Below, one piece after another: positions 24,707-39,359 of a stretch of DNA of 64,000 nt; position 1 is the first letter of the stretch, and each line of letters begins with the position of its first letter. The position numbers and the translations under genes were made by a program. Under the pieces are notes generated by a model. It did no database searches, was not told the origin of the DNA, and saw nothing but the letters and a program-made list of their open reading frames with translations. Origin of the DNA: Octopus vulgaris (taxonomy: Eukaryota); NCBI GenBank assembly GCA_951406725.2, contig OX597824.1:61504001-61568000 (forward strand), read 5' to 3'.

Positions 24707-25240
24707 AGATGCAGTACCAGGCAGTGGTTCTCATGGCTTCTGATCTTAACTGATTGGAAGTGTTATCATGTACATTTTTATGTCTTGGTATAAAAGATGG
24801 GCTACAGCATATATTCTGCTCAATACGACAGATTTTCTTGTCTGTTGTTTGACCTTAACAAGTTGAGCATGTCCCTTAGTGGCTGACGATATGTGCATCT
24901 CTGATCACAATCAGAAATAGTGTGGGAGCATCATAGCCATTTGTTGAAAAGAAATTGTTTGGGGTTTGGATAATTTACCTTTGGAAACATGAGTGTTTCG
25001 TTTAACATCCTTAAACAACCCTTATTCGGGGACATTTTGAGCGGGATGGGCTACTTGACCCGACGGAAATTCTAACTGGGCCCCACCTGCAAGATCATAC
25101 GCCGTTTATCTTGATATGTGATCACCATGTTGTGCACGTTTGGTTGTGATGCATGTACCTGGTGTACCATTATCAGACGGGTAGCCATGACAGGTATACT
25201 AGGCTTCGTGTCACTTTTATGGCATGCACTGCTCTCTCAC

Positions 25241-25241
<1 letters not shown>
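24707..25241 (+). repeat. interspersed repeat ending in (TAA)n, probably the 3' UTR of another Dong-like family
   Basis: Non-coding block ending directly in (AAT)n at 25242-25286; family assignment is inference. Confidence 0.5.
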
Positions 25242-25286
<45 letters not shown>

Positions 25287-26454
25287 GTAATGGAGGGCGA
25301 GGAATGATGCAGGTAGAACTGTGCTATAAAACGTCCACAATAGCAATGAACAAGTATTTATCTAATATAGAGGATGGGATGCTGCGGCGTGTGTGCAAAT
25401 ACGAAAGCAGCAAAAAACACCTTCTATTGTCATGGACGCTTGCCAATTAGGAAGGGAACTTGGAATTAACCCTGAATTAGATGAAGAAGCTGAAACCACT
25501 GCTACCCAACAAGGAAAACGGATCGAACAGTCTGCAAGAAAGAACGGACAGAAACAAATAAAAGAGTGGTGGAACCAGAAGCCTCTGCATCGACAGTATC
25601 TACTTCGGAGCCGAAGTAACAACCCATCAGTGGTTGAGAAACGCAAGACCGAAAGTAGAGATTGAAGGTTTCATATTGGCGGTACAAGACCAACGCTTGC
25701 TTACCAAAACTACCACGCTAACGTTCTTCAAAACAGTTCTGACCCTAAATGCAGATTCTACGAGACATTTGACGAACAATAGACCACCGTCTCGGGATGT
25801 CCTGTGCAGACACTAAACGAATACAAAATTCGCTACGATAGGGTAGGACAGTATTGACATTCGAAAAATATGTAAACACTACAGAATCAACACTCCTGCT
25901 TAATGGTATAAGCATCATCCTGAGATCGTCGTTGAAAATAAAATTTCACTATCCTCTGGGATTTTCCAATCAATATCGACAGAACAATCCAGGCTAATCA
26001 ACTACACATAGTAATTAAAGACAGGGAAGAAAGTTCATATAGACTAATAGATGTAAGTATTCACACTGATAAAAATATATCTGTGAAGGAATTTGACAAA
26101 TTAAGTAAATAAGGGCCTGGAAATTGAAATACAAAATATGTGGAATCTCAAAGCGATCACTGTTCCTGTTATTGTGGGTACCTTATGTATGATAAGAAAG
26201 GGATGTCAAAAACATCTAGATAATATCTCAAGAGAACCATGTCTCAGAGAAAGATTGTGCTATGTACTACCCATATCCTTAGAAAAATCCTATTAATTTA
26301 AATGTTTGTGTTCTATTACATGAAGATATTTAGCTACTGCTCCTGCTACTTACCTAGCTTTCAGTCATACTGTAACATCACTTATCCTACACTCGCCCTA
26401 GGAAACTGGGTGTGTCTCAGTAAGTGATTGTAACAAACATTCAGATTAAAACTA
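25287..26454 (+). mobile_element. R4/Dong-clade LINE, second subfamily, 5'-truncated
   Basis: NGGRGMMQVE, KPLHRQY, EIEGFILAVQDQ, RYDRVG, TILWDF, LIDVSI; (TAA)n on both sides. Confidence 0.88.
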
Positions 26455-26476
26455 AATAATAATAATAATAATAATG

Positions 26477-26561
<85 letters not shown>

Positions 26562-26585
26562 TGATAATAATGATATTAATAATAA

Positions 26586-29500
26586 GAGAGAGAACATCGG
26601 GGACGTTTAACATGTGAGAGCGAAAAAACAGTGGCTCCGAAATATATCCACAAACATCAGAAACAAAAACATTGTATGGAGCTAAAATATAACTGACAAA
26701 GGATTGGACTATATCCGAGTAAGTAATACTCATTGAAATTTATTGCTATTTTCCAAACGAAATGATGTATTTTAACTCGATAGCACATGTAAACATGCTT
26801 GATACATTACGATCCATCATCACCAGATCATCTCCGGCCCCAAACACCATGTACAAAAAAACTACGAATAAATTAAAGAATACCGGTATTATTCAACCCA
26901 AGAATAACAACCGGGAAGTACGTACTTTGAACCTGTTACAAAAAAAGTACGAAAAACTACGCGTGTAAAACAATGTGACAACAGAAATGAACGGATCGGT
27001 ACCCTACGAAAATGACGACCGTCAAAATAATGGGCCGGACGTTATTCCTCATGTCCTGCAAATAAAACCAAAAAGGCATAAATGGACACGTGAGGAATAC
27101 ATTTCAATCCTACACGCTTACTTTACAGCAGTGTTCTACCCAAAGAGCGAAAACACAACGACATATACATATAAAATATGGAAGCAAAATAACATAAATA
27201 AAGACCTGGATATAGCAATGAACCCTAATAACCTAGCTAACGTGCGAAAATATATTCTCAACGCAAAGAAAATATCAGGAATAGAAATAGAACATTTAAA
27301 AGAAACAATACACCAGGAAAATATAGATAGAAGCCACACAACAATGACAAATACTATTAACACTGAAACAGTAAAACACGAAGACAAACGTAACACTTCC
27401 AACAAAAACGATGTAAACAAAAAACAACAAACCCAGACCGTAAGGATACATAATAATACACGACAAACAACAATCCAAAACACGACAAACAAACATACGA
27501 ATGAGAAAGAAAGCGACACAAATCTAAAGCCTGGAAACAACGAAGGGGAGCCTAATGATTATGATGTTATAAAAAGTAGAATAATCAAAGAACTGAAAAC
27601 CACAGAGCTCAAAATGGAACACCGACAATACATCCCAAAAATAAATATAGACAAAACAACAACATCAATTATAAACAGCATAAACCTAGCCGTCAAGGAA
27701 CTAATAGCCACTGAAACAAAAAGCGATATCACTGAGCTAAATAACTTAGTATACGCAGCAGCCACTGCAGCCACAGAAGAAGCTCGATACTCACTCAAAC
27801 CCATCCAAACAGGAGTACCACCACCCAAACAAACCCTGTGGATAAATAACATCCAAAACAAAATACAAAAAATGAGAAAAGATCTGTCGATTCTAAATGA
27901 AATCAGTAGACAATCAACGCTACTAAGCAACAAAAAGAAAACAAAAATACTCCGAAAATACAAGACAAAAAAGATTTACCTGAGATAAAAGAAAAGCTAA
28001 AGCAAGATATCCTTGCCAAAGCACAAAGGATCCGCCGGTACGAGAAACTCCAACGTTTCTTTGAACAAAACAAACAGTTCAACTCCAATCCCCAAAAGTC
28101 CTACCAAGAATTTGGCAAAAATAAAATAGAAATCACTGTAGCGCCAACGGTGGAAGAAGTGGAAGAATTCTGGAGAGAAATATGGTCGGCGAACGAACAA
28201 CCAAAAAAAAAAAAAAGGAGTATTAAAACAACAAACTCAGCATCTGAGGAACTTTGGACCCTCATAACAACTGAAGAGGTCATCCAGGGACTGCAAAAAC
28301 TAAGCAACTGGAAGGCACCTGGGCATGACAAGATCCCCAACTTCTGGTTGAAATATCTGACAGGAGTGCACAAAAAGCTGGCTGAAAAATTTAACAACAT
28401 ACTGGCAGAGCCAGAGACAATGCCTGGATGGCTCACGAAGGGGAAAACCATCTTAATTCCCAAATCAAATGAGACAGCAAAACCAGAAAACTACAGACCT
28501 ATATCCTGTCTCCCTACAATGTACAAAGCATTTACTGCAGTAATATCACAAAGATTGAACAAGCACCTGTACGAAAACAAACTGTTTCCAGAAGAGCAGA
28601 AAGGATGCCGCAAAGGCTCATATGGCTGTAAAGATCAACTAATGATCAATAAAGCCATAACTGAAGACAGCCACAGAAAGAAGAAAGGCCTCCGTATGGC
28701 CTGGATCGACTACCGAAAGGCGTTTGATAGCATCCCCCACACATGGATCCTCGAAACACTAGCCATTAACAAAGTTGCACCAACAATTATAAAATACATA
28801 GGACACTCTATGAATAAATGGCAGACAGTGCTACAGCTCCAAACATAAGAGGGACTTGTAAAAACCAAAGTCATCCCCATTAGAAGAGGAATATTCCAGG
28901 GAGACACGCTCTCTCCACTCCTTTTCTGCTTGGCACTGTCACCTCAATCGGATATGCTAAACAGAACTGAATGCAGATATAAATGTTACGGCAAAACGAT
29001 CAGCCACCTTTTATATATGGATGACCTAAAACTATACGCCACAAATGACAAACAGCTGGAAACACTACTAAAGACAGTTCATGGATTTACCAAAGAAATT
29101 GATATGAAATTTGGATTGGAGAAATGCGCCAAAGTAACCCTGAAAAGAGGAAAACAAGTTAAGAGTAGCAATAGCACACTAGATAAAACCAATGAAATAA
29201 AAGAATTAGACCAAAGCCACACTTACAAATACTTATGAATACATGAACTAGATAAGACACAACACACACAAGCGAAAGAGAAAATAAAAAAAGAATATTA
29301 CAGACGAGTTAGATCAATACTGAAAACAGAGCTCAATGCTAAAAACAAGATAATAGGTATGAACACTTTAGCCGCCTCTTCATGGCAAATACTGGACTAA
29401 ACTAAATGCAAAAGAAACAGACAAAGAAAAAGCCCAGCAATGGTTGAGAAGCTCAGGACTCAAAGCTGAGACAGAAGGATTTTTAATTGCAGCACAAGAT

Positions 29501-30200
29501 CAAAGCCTCCCCACCAGAAATTACCAAAAACATGTAATGAAAAGAAATATAACAAGTAACTGCAGAATATGTGGAGATGGACAAGAAACAATAAATCATA
29601 TTATCTCTGGCTGCCCAGTCCTGGCTAAGAAGGAATATATTCACAGACACGACAGAGTTGGGACCTATATACACTGGAAGCTATACCAAGATTATGAAAT
29701 AACAACAGAAAAAAGATGGTATAGGTACACACTTGAAAAGGTCACAGAAAACGAGAAAGCAACCATACTCTGGGATATGCCAATTCACAGAGATAAAGAA
29801 ATTAAGGCCAACAGACCAGATATAGTTGTCAGAGATCATGAAGAAAAAAATGCTTTCTAATTGATGTATCAATACCAGCAGATGACACCGTGTCTCTAAA
29901 AGAAATGGAGAAACTTACAAAATACAAAGACCTGGAAATAGAGGTAACCAGAAAGTGGAATCTAAAAACAGAAACAATTCCTATCATAAAAAAATATTCA
30001 GACAAATACATAACAAAGACATCAGGACTTACAAACACATCTAACATACAGAAAATTGCACTACTAGGCATTGCACACATCCTACGCAGAGCACTTTCCA
30101 TACAATAACCATCACAACAAATCATAGCACATACTCAAGGCACACAGAGCTGCGCCCGGTAGGGAAGTGAAAGCACGCGAAAAAAAATATACTACTGAAC
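26586..30200 (+). mobile_element. near full-length R4/Dong-clade LINE (RT plus restriction-like endonuclease), inactivated
   Basis: Frameshifted single ORF 26975-30108: RHKWTREE N-terminus, NWKAPGHD, NYRPISCL, WIDYRKAFDSIPH, QGDTLSP, HLLYMDDLK, CRIC..ETINHIISGC, RHD, NRPDIV, KxxKYKDL; flanked by (AAT)n at 26455-26585 and 30201-30293. Confidence 0.96.
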
Positions 30201-30221
30201 AATAATAATAATAATAATAAC

Positions 30222-30294
<73 letters not shown>

Positions 30295-31249
30295 TGAAGA
30301 TCAAATAAATAGTGCTTATGTTTAAATGCCAAAAAATGACCATCCGAAGCATAACAGTATATTTTAATCATAAATTAATTATGGAAATAAAATTAGTTGA
30401 TGTAATATGGGAACAAAAATACCTTCCCATATGACAGGTAATACTAGTGTCGATACATAGTAAACTAAGGGAAATAAATGCAAGCAGATTATAGATATTT
30501 TCCTCTAGAGAGCTGACAAAAAAGACAAAGAGGAATGGAGACACGTTTTGAATTATATTACATCTTGTATGAACAAAGAGAATAGAAAATCATTTGGCAG
30601 TGATTTCTAAAATATGGAAGACTACACAGAGGCATCGTATATCATATAGGCTGTTCTAAATTTTATATTGGTATTACGTTGACAAGTACTGAGGAATTAT
30701 CTCTGAACAAAAGAACATGAAATTAGACACTGCTGTTCCGAATCATATCTAACAGCAATATGCAAATATCTTATCCTGCGTGAATTAGGATCACATCTCT
30801 CTGGCTACAAATTGTTTCTCGGCAACAGAGCAAGTGAAGTTAAAGGGACTCTAGCAAGAACAAGGGAACGAAAATAAGCAAATAAAGAAACGAAACGAAA
30901 AATTGTTTGCATGTAAGTCAATAACCGTGTTGCATTACTGACAATCTGTCGAATCTTATCTGAATTTCATAATATCAATAATATAAGATTCTACTGTAGT
31001 ATATTCTGTGAGCTTATTTTTATATCCCGACAATCTATATGATATAATAAGCATTTATCTTTTACTTCTGTCTGCCATTGGACTACGGCCATGTCGAGGC
31101 ACTCAAAAGGTATTGCTGAAAAAAACCGACCCTGGTACTTATTTTATTGGTCTCTTGAGGCGAACCGCTAGTTTGACGGACGTACACAAACCAATACAGG
31201 TTTTTCAAGCGATAATATCAATGATCGGTATTTAAAATACACATGCAAA

Positions 31250-31446
31250 GTTATCCCTAAACATTTCCTTCTCTCTCTGTTATTTTTTCGTTTTCTTTCC
31301 GTTTTTCCCCTCTTAATACTTTCCTTCGAAGAGCGGAGGTTTGAAACGTCAAATACTTCTCCTTTCTTCCTGAGCGTTAACCTAATACACCTGCTTGTTA
31401 TTCCTTCACCTGTCTTCGTCTTTTGTTTTCAGTAAATTTGAACTAT
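31250..31446 (+). mobile_element. solo PLE 3' terminus with decayed minimal hammerhead (31320-31353)
   Basis: TTT-CCTTCGA-A-GAGC ggag GTTT-GAAA-CG-TC-AAA; homologous to 58036-58200 (-). Confidence 0.7.
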
Positions 31447-31877
31447 TCACGTATGTTATTTCATTTCAGAAATACAACATTCACTGGTGATCTCACATTG
31501 CTTAAGATATTCGCGCGTGAATTAAAATTTTAAAAACTAAAAGTGCAAACCACAGGAGCCAAATAGTAGAAATATTAAATATATTTTATAGACAATGCAA
31601 TTGTTGGTATGTTCGTTGGTTGATAACATCATTTTGAGAGAGCAGGAGAGAGATTAAAAGAGAGATACCACAGAGACTTAACAGAAAGGTTGATGGCACA
31701 AACTAGACTTGGTGACAGCTTTGAGCAAAGGAATGCTACATGCTTACACCGTGTGAGAAAATTGTTTTAGAGAACTTGAAGGAAATGGAGGAGGAAGAAC
31801 AGGTAGAAAAAGAAGAGGGGTAGTAAACGGAAGGGTAGATGGATGTAGATAGAACAGGCTCTGCAATAATTAATATA

Positions 31878-33135
31878 CGAGGAGTGTTCATTAAAGAATT
31901 TCTCTGACTCACTCACCAATTCTTGCAGGAAACGGAACTTGAATAGGTATTATCATACATATTCCTACATGACAAATTATAAATTGCCGCTTTCCTCTAG
32001 TATTAGTTTGTCTCTTACGGCTGCTAAAATGGACGAAGATGTTATAATGGAGGCAATTCAATGCAGATCAGTGATGATGTTCTTATACTTGAAAGGTCAT
32101 ACACAAAAAGAGACTTTCGATGAGATGAAAGATGTTTATGGTGACGATGCACCATCATACAACGTAGTTAAGCACTGGCACCGCCAGTTCAAATGTGGTC
32201 GGACATCAGTGGAAACTACTCCTATACCTGGACGACAACATACCGCCATTGATGACAACACTATAAAGTGGAAGCCACCATTTTGGTGGATCGTCGCGCA
32301 TAACTATTCAGTAACTAGCACAAGAGGTGAAGATAAGTTTATGGTCCGTGAAAAAAAGATATTCACAACCATTTGTACATACGGAAGTTGTCTGCACAAT
32401 CGATTTCCCGGATGCTCACACCGTTTCAGAAGTAGGAACGAGTCAATTACGCCCAGGTTCAATGCGCCAAAAACATGAGGAAGACCTTTTCGTCAGACTT
32501 ATAACACAGGATGAAACATGGGCCCATCACTATGATTCTGAGACTAAAGTCCAGTCGAAGCAAGGAAAGTATGATAACTCACCACCTCCAAAGAAGGCTC
32601 GTATTCTCAGCTGGCGAGGTGATACTCACAGTCTTTTGGGACCAAAGTGGAGTAGTGACGATGGATTTTCTGGCAAAGGGCACTTTAATTAACGGGGAAT
32701 ATCTTTTCTCTGCTGAAAAAATTGCGGGATGCATCTAAGCAGAGAGGTGAGGCGTGCTGATCAAAGGAGTCCGCCTCCTTCAAGACAACTCCCCAATTCA
32801 CAATGCGCATGTTGCCCAGATGAAAGCACACTCTTGCGGTTATAAAATTCTTCATTATCCCCCTTACTCTCCCGACCTCGCACCATCTGGCTTTCACCTC
32901 AAAAAACATGAAGTGTTTTTTGAAGGGGAAGCACTATTTGGATGTTGATCAACTTATTTCCGAGGTAAAGTCTTGGCTCCTGACGCAACCTATCGACTTC
33001 ACATCTGCATAAAGCGTTAGAAGTTTGACAGCATTGTTGGTGGCTATGTAGAGAAGGACTAATAATTATGCCAAGCTTCGTTTATCCCAGTTTTTGGGAA
33101 GTGGGTCAAGAAAAATCTTTAATGAACACCCCTCG
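31878..33135 (+). mobile_element. full-length decayed mariner (irritans-like), TA-flanked
   Basis: TIRs TA|CGAGGAGTGTTCATTAAAGA and TCTTTAATGAACACCCCTCG|TA; ITQDETWAHHYD, LLQDNSPIH, YPPYSPDLAPSGF; frameshifts. Confidence 0.95.
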
Positions 33136-35039
33136 TATATTATGAGGATTATTTTCCTTAAATGCTTTTGAAGTACGCCGTTTGTAAGCGTTATTCGCTA
33201 ACTTAAGAATTTACAGCAAACTGTTCTTACAACATATATCACTACAATTGCTATAATAGTATGGATATACTTTTGCACCATATGGCTAATGTCAGGAAAT
33301 ATAGCTTACATTCAATAATCATAATTTTACTATTATTAAATTACTTATACTGGCAAAAATATACATCCGTCATATGATGGATAACACTCTAGCAGACGAC
33401 AAATGCTAAAAAGCATTATATAAAGAGAATCGATATCTAAGTCTTATATATATAAATAGTCTCTGATATCTGAGTCAGAAGTCGTCTGGGATCAGCGGCC
33501 ATACTCAGCTACTGTTTATTATTATCATTTGTATTTTTCTGAACCGGTTCCGCTCATCTTAACACCAACATAAATAAAGTTAAATACTCATAGAACAGGT
33601 GAGCGTGTTTACCAAAACTGAACACACGATGGTCGAAACAAAGGTTTCTTAAAATTACATTTATCCCAGGTGGTGCACAGAGGGATCGAGAGCATGGAGT
33701 TGTTCAGCTTCGTAGACTGGGAGGCTGAAGAAATATATAGTAATAGCTAGCTGCGTATCTTTGTGTTTTTAGTTTAAAAAATCAAACAAACTTGAGTTTG
33801 ATTTTCTCATTAGTCCGTCATGGGTTTGGTGAAATAAATACCAGATATGCACGATTTCTCCAAATGTTTTATCTTCTCTCTTAGCAGCAAAGAAACCTTT
33901 ACATATTTAGTATGCTAGATGTAGCAGTCATATCACCCTCGAAACATATTCTATCACTTTAAAAATAAGATACATAAATAATGGGATCTGGGATGGGTTG
34001 TTTTTGAAAAGAAGAGATGTGATGGTCAAGGCTAGAATATCTTTTAGATCATAGGTTTTGATCGGTCAATATTGATCTAGAGCTAAACACTAACAAAACA
34101 AGTCCGAAAGAAACTGGTCTAACATCGTATCGTTCATGAGATGACGTTTGCCTGAGCTGTCTCGTATTTATAGACCAAAGATTTCATCCTACATTATCGG
34201 AGGTGATATAGCTGTTGGAAATAAATAAGAGCTCATTTGGGAATGTTACTTGCAATAGATAAGTGACTTAAACAGAAACAGATTCATTTCTCATCAATTT
34301 CACTTGTTAAAAAGTTTCAGTAAAAAATATAAAAGCAAAAAATTAGTGACTGTTAAAAAAAAAAAGAAATCTTCAATGAATTTTCAGTATAACTTAGCTG
34401 CATATTTCTTGAAGACACTGTACTGAATCTATAATTTCTCGTTTCGGCCGTAGCATGACATTTAATTTGACATAACTTCCTTATTCTTTGAAGCGTTTTC
34501 TTTATTATATAGCGTGCATAGTTTAATTAACTTGGTAGAGTTCATATTTACAGTAGGATTTAAATATCACATCACTTTACTTCATACACGAAGTATTACT
34601 CGGTAGCTTATAATGAGGAGAGCAGTTCAGTGATTTATGATGTCTATAATATCGGAAGAAGTTAGATTGAAATTTATTTTAAGAATGCAACATACTTGCT
34701 ACACTCAAGACACAAAATACTCCACATATGTATACACTTTCATACATGACAAATGAGAACACAATCACGCACATAAACACACACACACACACACGCACAC
34801 CGCTATTATGGATGTGTGACGCTGGGTAACCGCTGCAGACTTCGCCAAAATGTACAGTAGAAAAAATGAAAAATGTCTTGCAGCAGTGGTAGATATTTCT
34901 GCTTTTTTGAGCGTCGTCTCTAACAGGTACCCACTAACATCGTATGCCAAAGTTGTAACAATCTTACCACTGATGTTTGACACTTTCCATCTGCTACTGA
35001 TATATTTCTGGAAATTTTAAAACTATAGATCTCTACGGT

Positions 35040-35370
35040 GGAGGCGCAATGGCCCAGTGGTTAGGGCAGCGAAATCGCGGTAGGAGAATCGCGGTTTCGT
35101 TTCCCAGACCGGGCGTTGTGTGTGTTTATTGAATGAAAACACCTAAAGCTACACGATGCTCCGGCAGGGGGGTGGGTGGGTGTGGAGACGCCTGTTGTAC
35201 TTTTTCGCCCCAACTTTCTCTCACTCTTTCTTCCTGTTTCTTGAGTAATGCTGCGATAGACTGGCGTCCCGTCCAGCTGGAGGGAACACATACGCCATAG
35301 AAACCGTGAAACCGGGCCCATGAGCCTGGCTAGGCTTGAAAAGGGCGCATAAATAATAAATAGATAAATA
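35040..35370 (+). mobile_element. tRNA-derived SINE, second family
   Basis: A box TGGCCCAGTGG, B-box-like GGTTTCGTTTCCC, GCGATAGACTGGCGTCCCGTCCAG motif, (TAAA)-type tail. Confidence 0.85.
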
Positions 35371-35633
35371 GTTCTCTACGAGATACCTTTTCGAAAGAAA
35401 TAGTGCAGTTTCAAGCTTTTCAAGAGTATATTTGCGTTAGATATCATATACAAACTACTATTTGGATTAATACCGATGTTTTATCCAGTCTGCTGGCTAA
35501 TTGCTGCAGCGGCCATTTGTAAACCACTGTTTCTATATCTTTTATCTCTTACGTGTTTCAGTCAGTAGACGACAGCTATGGTGGAGCACTACCTTGAAGA
35601 GTTTTGGTCGAATGAATCGATACCAGTAATTAT

Positions 35634-36432
35634 ACGAGGTCTCATCAATAAGTATCAGGACTGTTGCCATAATAACGAACATAAAGCACGCAGGGTAAAG
35701 CCGCTTGGCACAAATTGACTTTGAACTCTACTGTGCATGAGCACCAAGCTTTCATGATCTAGCTCACTTCCTTTGTTTACAGCAGTGCTTGGAAGGAAGC
35801 TGTGTAGTATGTGATCGCCGCATTGACCATGACAGAGAAAGTTGACTTGGCGTTACCTGCTCAGGGGCCTACGCAAATTTACAGAAAGTGTATAGAGGGG
35901 AATGTATGAGCCAATACAAGTGTACGAGTGGGTCAGAAGTTTCCAAGATGGCCAAAAATGTCGATATTGACGATCGGTCGGGGAGACCCGTAACAGCAGA
36001 ACTGTGATAATCATGACAGATGTGAGTTCAGCTGTGAGGGAAAATCGTCGAATCACCGTCTGTGAGTTATCAGAGGATGTGTAGATTAGTTATGGTTTAG
36101 TTCAGTCTAGTATCATTGAAAATTTAGATATATGACGCGTATCTGCCAAGTTTGTGTAAAAACTGCTTTCACTTGACCAGAAAGACACTCGGGTGTCAGT
36201 TACACAAGACCTACTTGATTGTGTAGAGAACGATGAAAACTTTTTGAAAAGTTTGCGTAGTCCTCTGAGCAGGTATCACCAAACTTTTGGCGAAATTTGA
36301 TGCTGATTCTCTGCTCAAATTTCTGTGTGATGGTCAATGCAACGATCACACGCTACACACCTTCATTACAAGCGCTGCTGTAAATAGCAAAAGTGAGTTA
36401 CAACGTCAAAACTTAGCGCTCATACTCAGTAA
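35634..36432 (+). mobile_element. non-autonomous mariner derivative with long inverted repeats
   Basis: TA|CGAGGTCTCATCAATAAGTATC end; HTH remnant (QVYEWVRSFQDG); about 35730-35870 recurs inverted at about 36260-36430. Confidence 0.75.
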
Positions 36433-36618
36433 AATAAACAACCCCATATCAGAGCAATTGGATGCAATGCAGTACCGGGGAGAGTTTGTACTCACACAAC
36501 AACAAACGATGAACACATAACACTGAACTCACCTCAGCAACACAGATGTGTAGCAGGTGATGGAGTAGAAATATCTGGCAGAAACTATCAAATGCTGAAT
36601 AGTAATTATTATTTCTTT

Positions 36619-36804
<186 letters not shown>

Positions 36805-37314
36805 TGCTTTGTCCTAAAATGGGATAATAACCAACTGAGTAGCAGTAGACAGAGGAGAACGGATTCCAAAATAAAGGCTCAGTCAAGCGACAAACGACGA
36901 AAAGCAGAAAAAAAAACAATAATAGCATTTGAAATAAAAATGTAAGGAGATGTTACGAGACATTACAAAACATTTTTTGTGCTGCTGTACCTATACTTGT
37001 GTCGATTGCTTCCATATATAAAATTATATTAAATATTAAACTTTGTAAACAGGATTTGAAGCTAGAAAAACTAGAAAAAAATATATCTCCAGCGTTACTG
37101 ATTGTATTTGAAATGTATAGTAGATTCTTAGTTACTTACTTGCCAGACGATGTTTTGTCTGTTTTTACGTACACTGTAATATTATATTTTTCGTTCGAAA
37201 TTTTCACTATTTTTAGCACTGCACTATGCTCACGTCTATCAACTCCACTGCGTCCCCCGATACACACGTGTGTATGTATTTAAATTATATATATATCAAC
37301 ATACATATGTGAAC

Positions 37315-37357
<43 letters not shown>

Positions 37358-37407
37358 CACACACATGTATATATCCACATATATACGTAAACATACATAC
37401 ATACATG

Positions 37408-37465
<58 letters not shown>

Positions 37466-38381
37466 CACACACACATATATATGCAAACATGTATGGGTGT
37501 ATGCGATCCTGTGTGTGTATGTATGTCTATATTTGTGTGTCTGTGTGATCTGAGTATTCGACTGACTGAATGATGGGAAATTGTGATAATTACCCTTTGA
37601 GTCTAGTTTGTGTCACGTGTTTGTTTCTGAGACAAGCCAGTTCACTTAGTATTTGCGTCATCATTCAATTTCTTCTTAAAGTAATTAGAATTCACTGATT
37701 AGTGTTCAGCAAGATTGGAAAACGAAGTCTTCTGTGGTCATACAACAACACATTAAAGAGATTGCCTATTACCAGTTAATCTAAGATGCCTCAACCATCA
37801 TCCGGCTACCGATATTCAATATTTAAAGCGAGTCATGTCTGCATTGTTAAGAAATTCGTTTCGATGTCAAGCGGTTTCGAGTTTGATAACGTTCTGTGGT
37901 AGTTTCTTTGTCCTTAGCTTTTCTTTGATAAAATCAAGTGAAATTGGATAGATGGAAACTGAAAATAAACTGCTCTGTGCATATTCTTAGAGGCAAGATA
38001 TTATCTGTCGCTCTGCTTAACAGGAAGTAACTATCTAACATCTTAATACTTACATGATCCAGATATATATAGGGCTAATATTTTATCACAGCAACATGTC
38101 AATTCGTATTTTCTCCTTGCATCTCTCACAATTATCAGGACAGTATATACTCTTCCCAAGAACGTTTGTTTTCTGAAGCTTAACGTTGCGGAAATCAAAT
38201 TGCTCCACAGGAAGTCATAGATGTTTGTGTGCGCAAATGATAAAATAAGGGATCACGTATCTATTTACAATTGAGGTAACATCAATGATTTTCTATTGGA
38301 CTATTTATTTTTCAGAATCTCGAATAATGGAAGTAGTGTTCTTGAACTTCAGCAGTTTTATTTTACTTCCTTGGATTGAAT

Positions 38382-38613
38382 CAGTGTTTGTCAACCAGAT
38401 TTTTGTGTGCCTATGACCCCTTTCATTCCTATTGTACTCTAATGGACCTTCATAGCTATTTGACGTAAAAAAAAATCCCGCTGTACTTTTATAATTATTA
38501 TAAAGATTTGCATAAAACGTTTAAAATATTTTGTGTTTTGTAGAAGCATAATCAATTTATTGCTCATAAATTTTAACAAAACATCTTAAATGAGCCCCAG
38601 TTGAGAACTACTG
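38382..38613. mobile_element. hAT/Charlie-like MITE
   Basis: Termini CAGTGTTTGTCAAC and GTTGAGAACTACTG; 8-bp TSD not recognisable. Confidence 0.6.
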
Positions 38614-38639
38614 GTCTCGCTGGGGAGTTAGTGGCCAAG

Positions 38640-38900
38640 AACATTGAAGGCCTTCCTAAACAGGACAGATGCAATTATTATAAGTTCTTAAAAACGTGAG
38701 CAGGGAGTGAATTCCTGAATGAAGTGTTTCTAGGAAGGAAGGACTGGGTGAAGTACCTGTAGTTAAAGGCCTGCAGTGTGGGATGGATGCGGCAAGAGTG
38801 ACGAAAGGAAGAAAGACAAAGCTGTCGGAACGTGTGAGTAACGGTGTCATTAGGCCAGCCATATCTGAGAAGAAGCCATTATAACAGCTGTAGGAGATGC
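38640..38900 (-). mobile_element. CR1/Jockey-group LINE 3' fragment
   Basis: Minus strand YFTQSFLPRNTSFRNSLPAHVF, matching the SF-PR-WNxLP C-terminal motif. Confidence 0.65.
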
Positions 38901-39147
38901 AGAAGGAGAGGGAGAGGGAGAGAGAGAGAAAAAAAGTGGGAGGGAGGTGGGGTAAGTATACAGTGGACCAAAAGGTGAAGTGTGTATTTCAGTAATTTAT
39001 GCTGATCTGTCGTGTGATCCTCTTCTCAATGTGACTTTGAACATCTGTGTGTGCATCACCGTTTCAACTGTGAGAAGATTACTTCATTGTGGGTTTCATT
39101 TGAGCTATGTAATGTCTCAATAGTTGGTTCATGGTAGAGCATTTTTA

Positions 39148-39219
39148 GTTGAGCTATGGTAGTTGAACTATGATAATTGAGCTATGGTAGTTGACAGCTA
39201 TGTTAGTTGAGTTATGGTA
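39148..39219. repeat. 14-bp tandem repeat GTTGAGCTATGGTA, about 5 copies
   Basis: Direct reading. Confidence 0.85.
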
Positions 39220-39359
39220 AAAGAGTAGAAAATCAGAAGATGAATCCATAGATAAGACTGATAGCTGCGAAAAGTTATTCTGTATTCTGAGGCAAAACTA
39301 AGATACACAAGGTTGATCATTTTATTTCTTTAACGAACATTATTATTATATTATGCGTG

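Noticed and set aside
35040-35112. tRNA gene
   Set aside because: tRNA-like head continues into a SINE body; acceptor stem does not close
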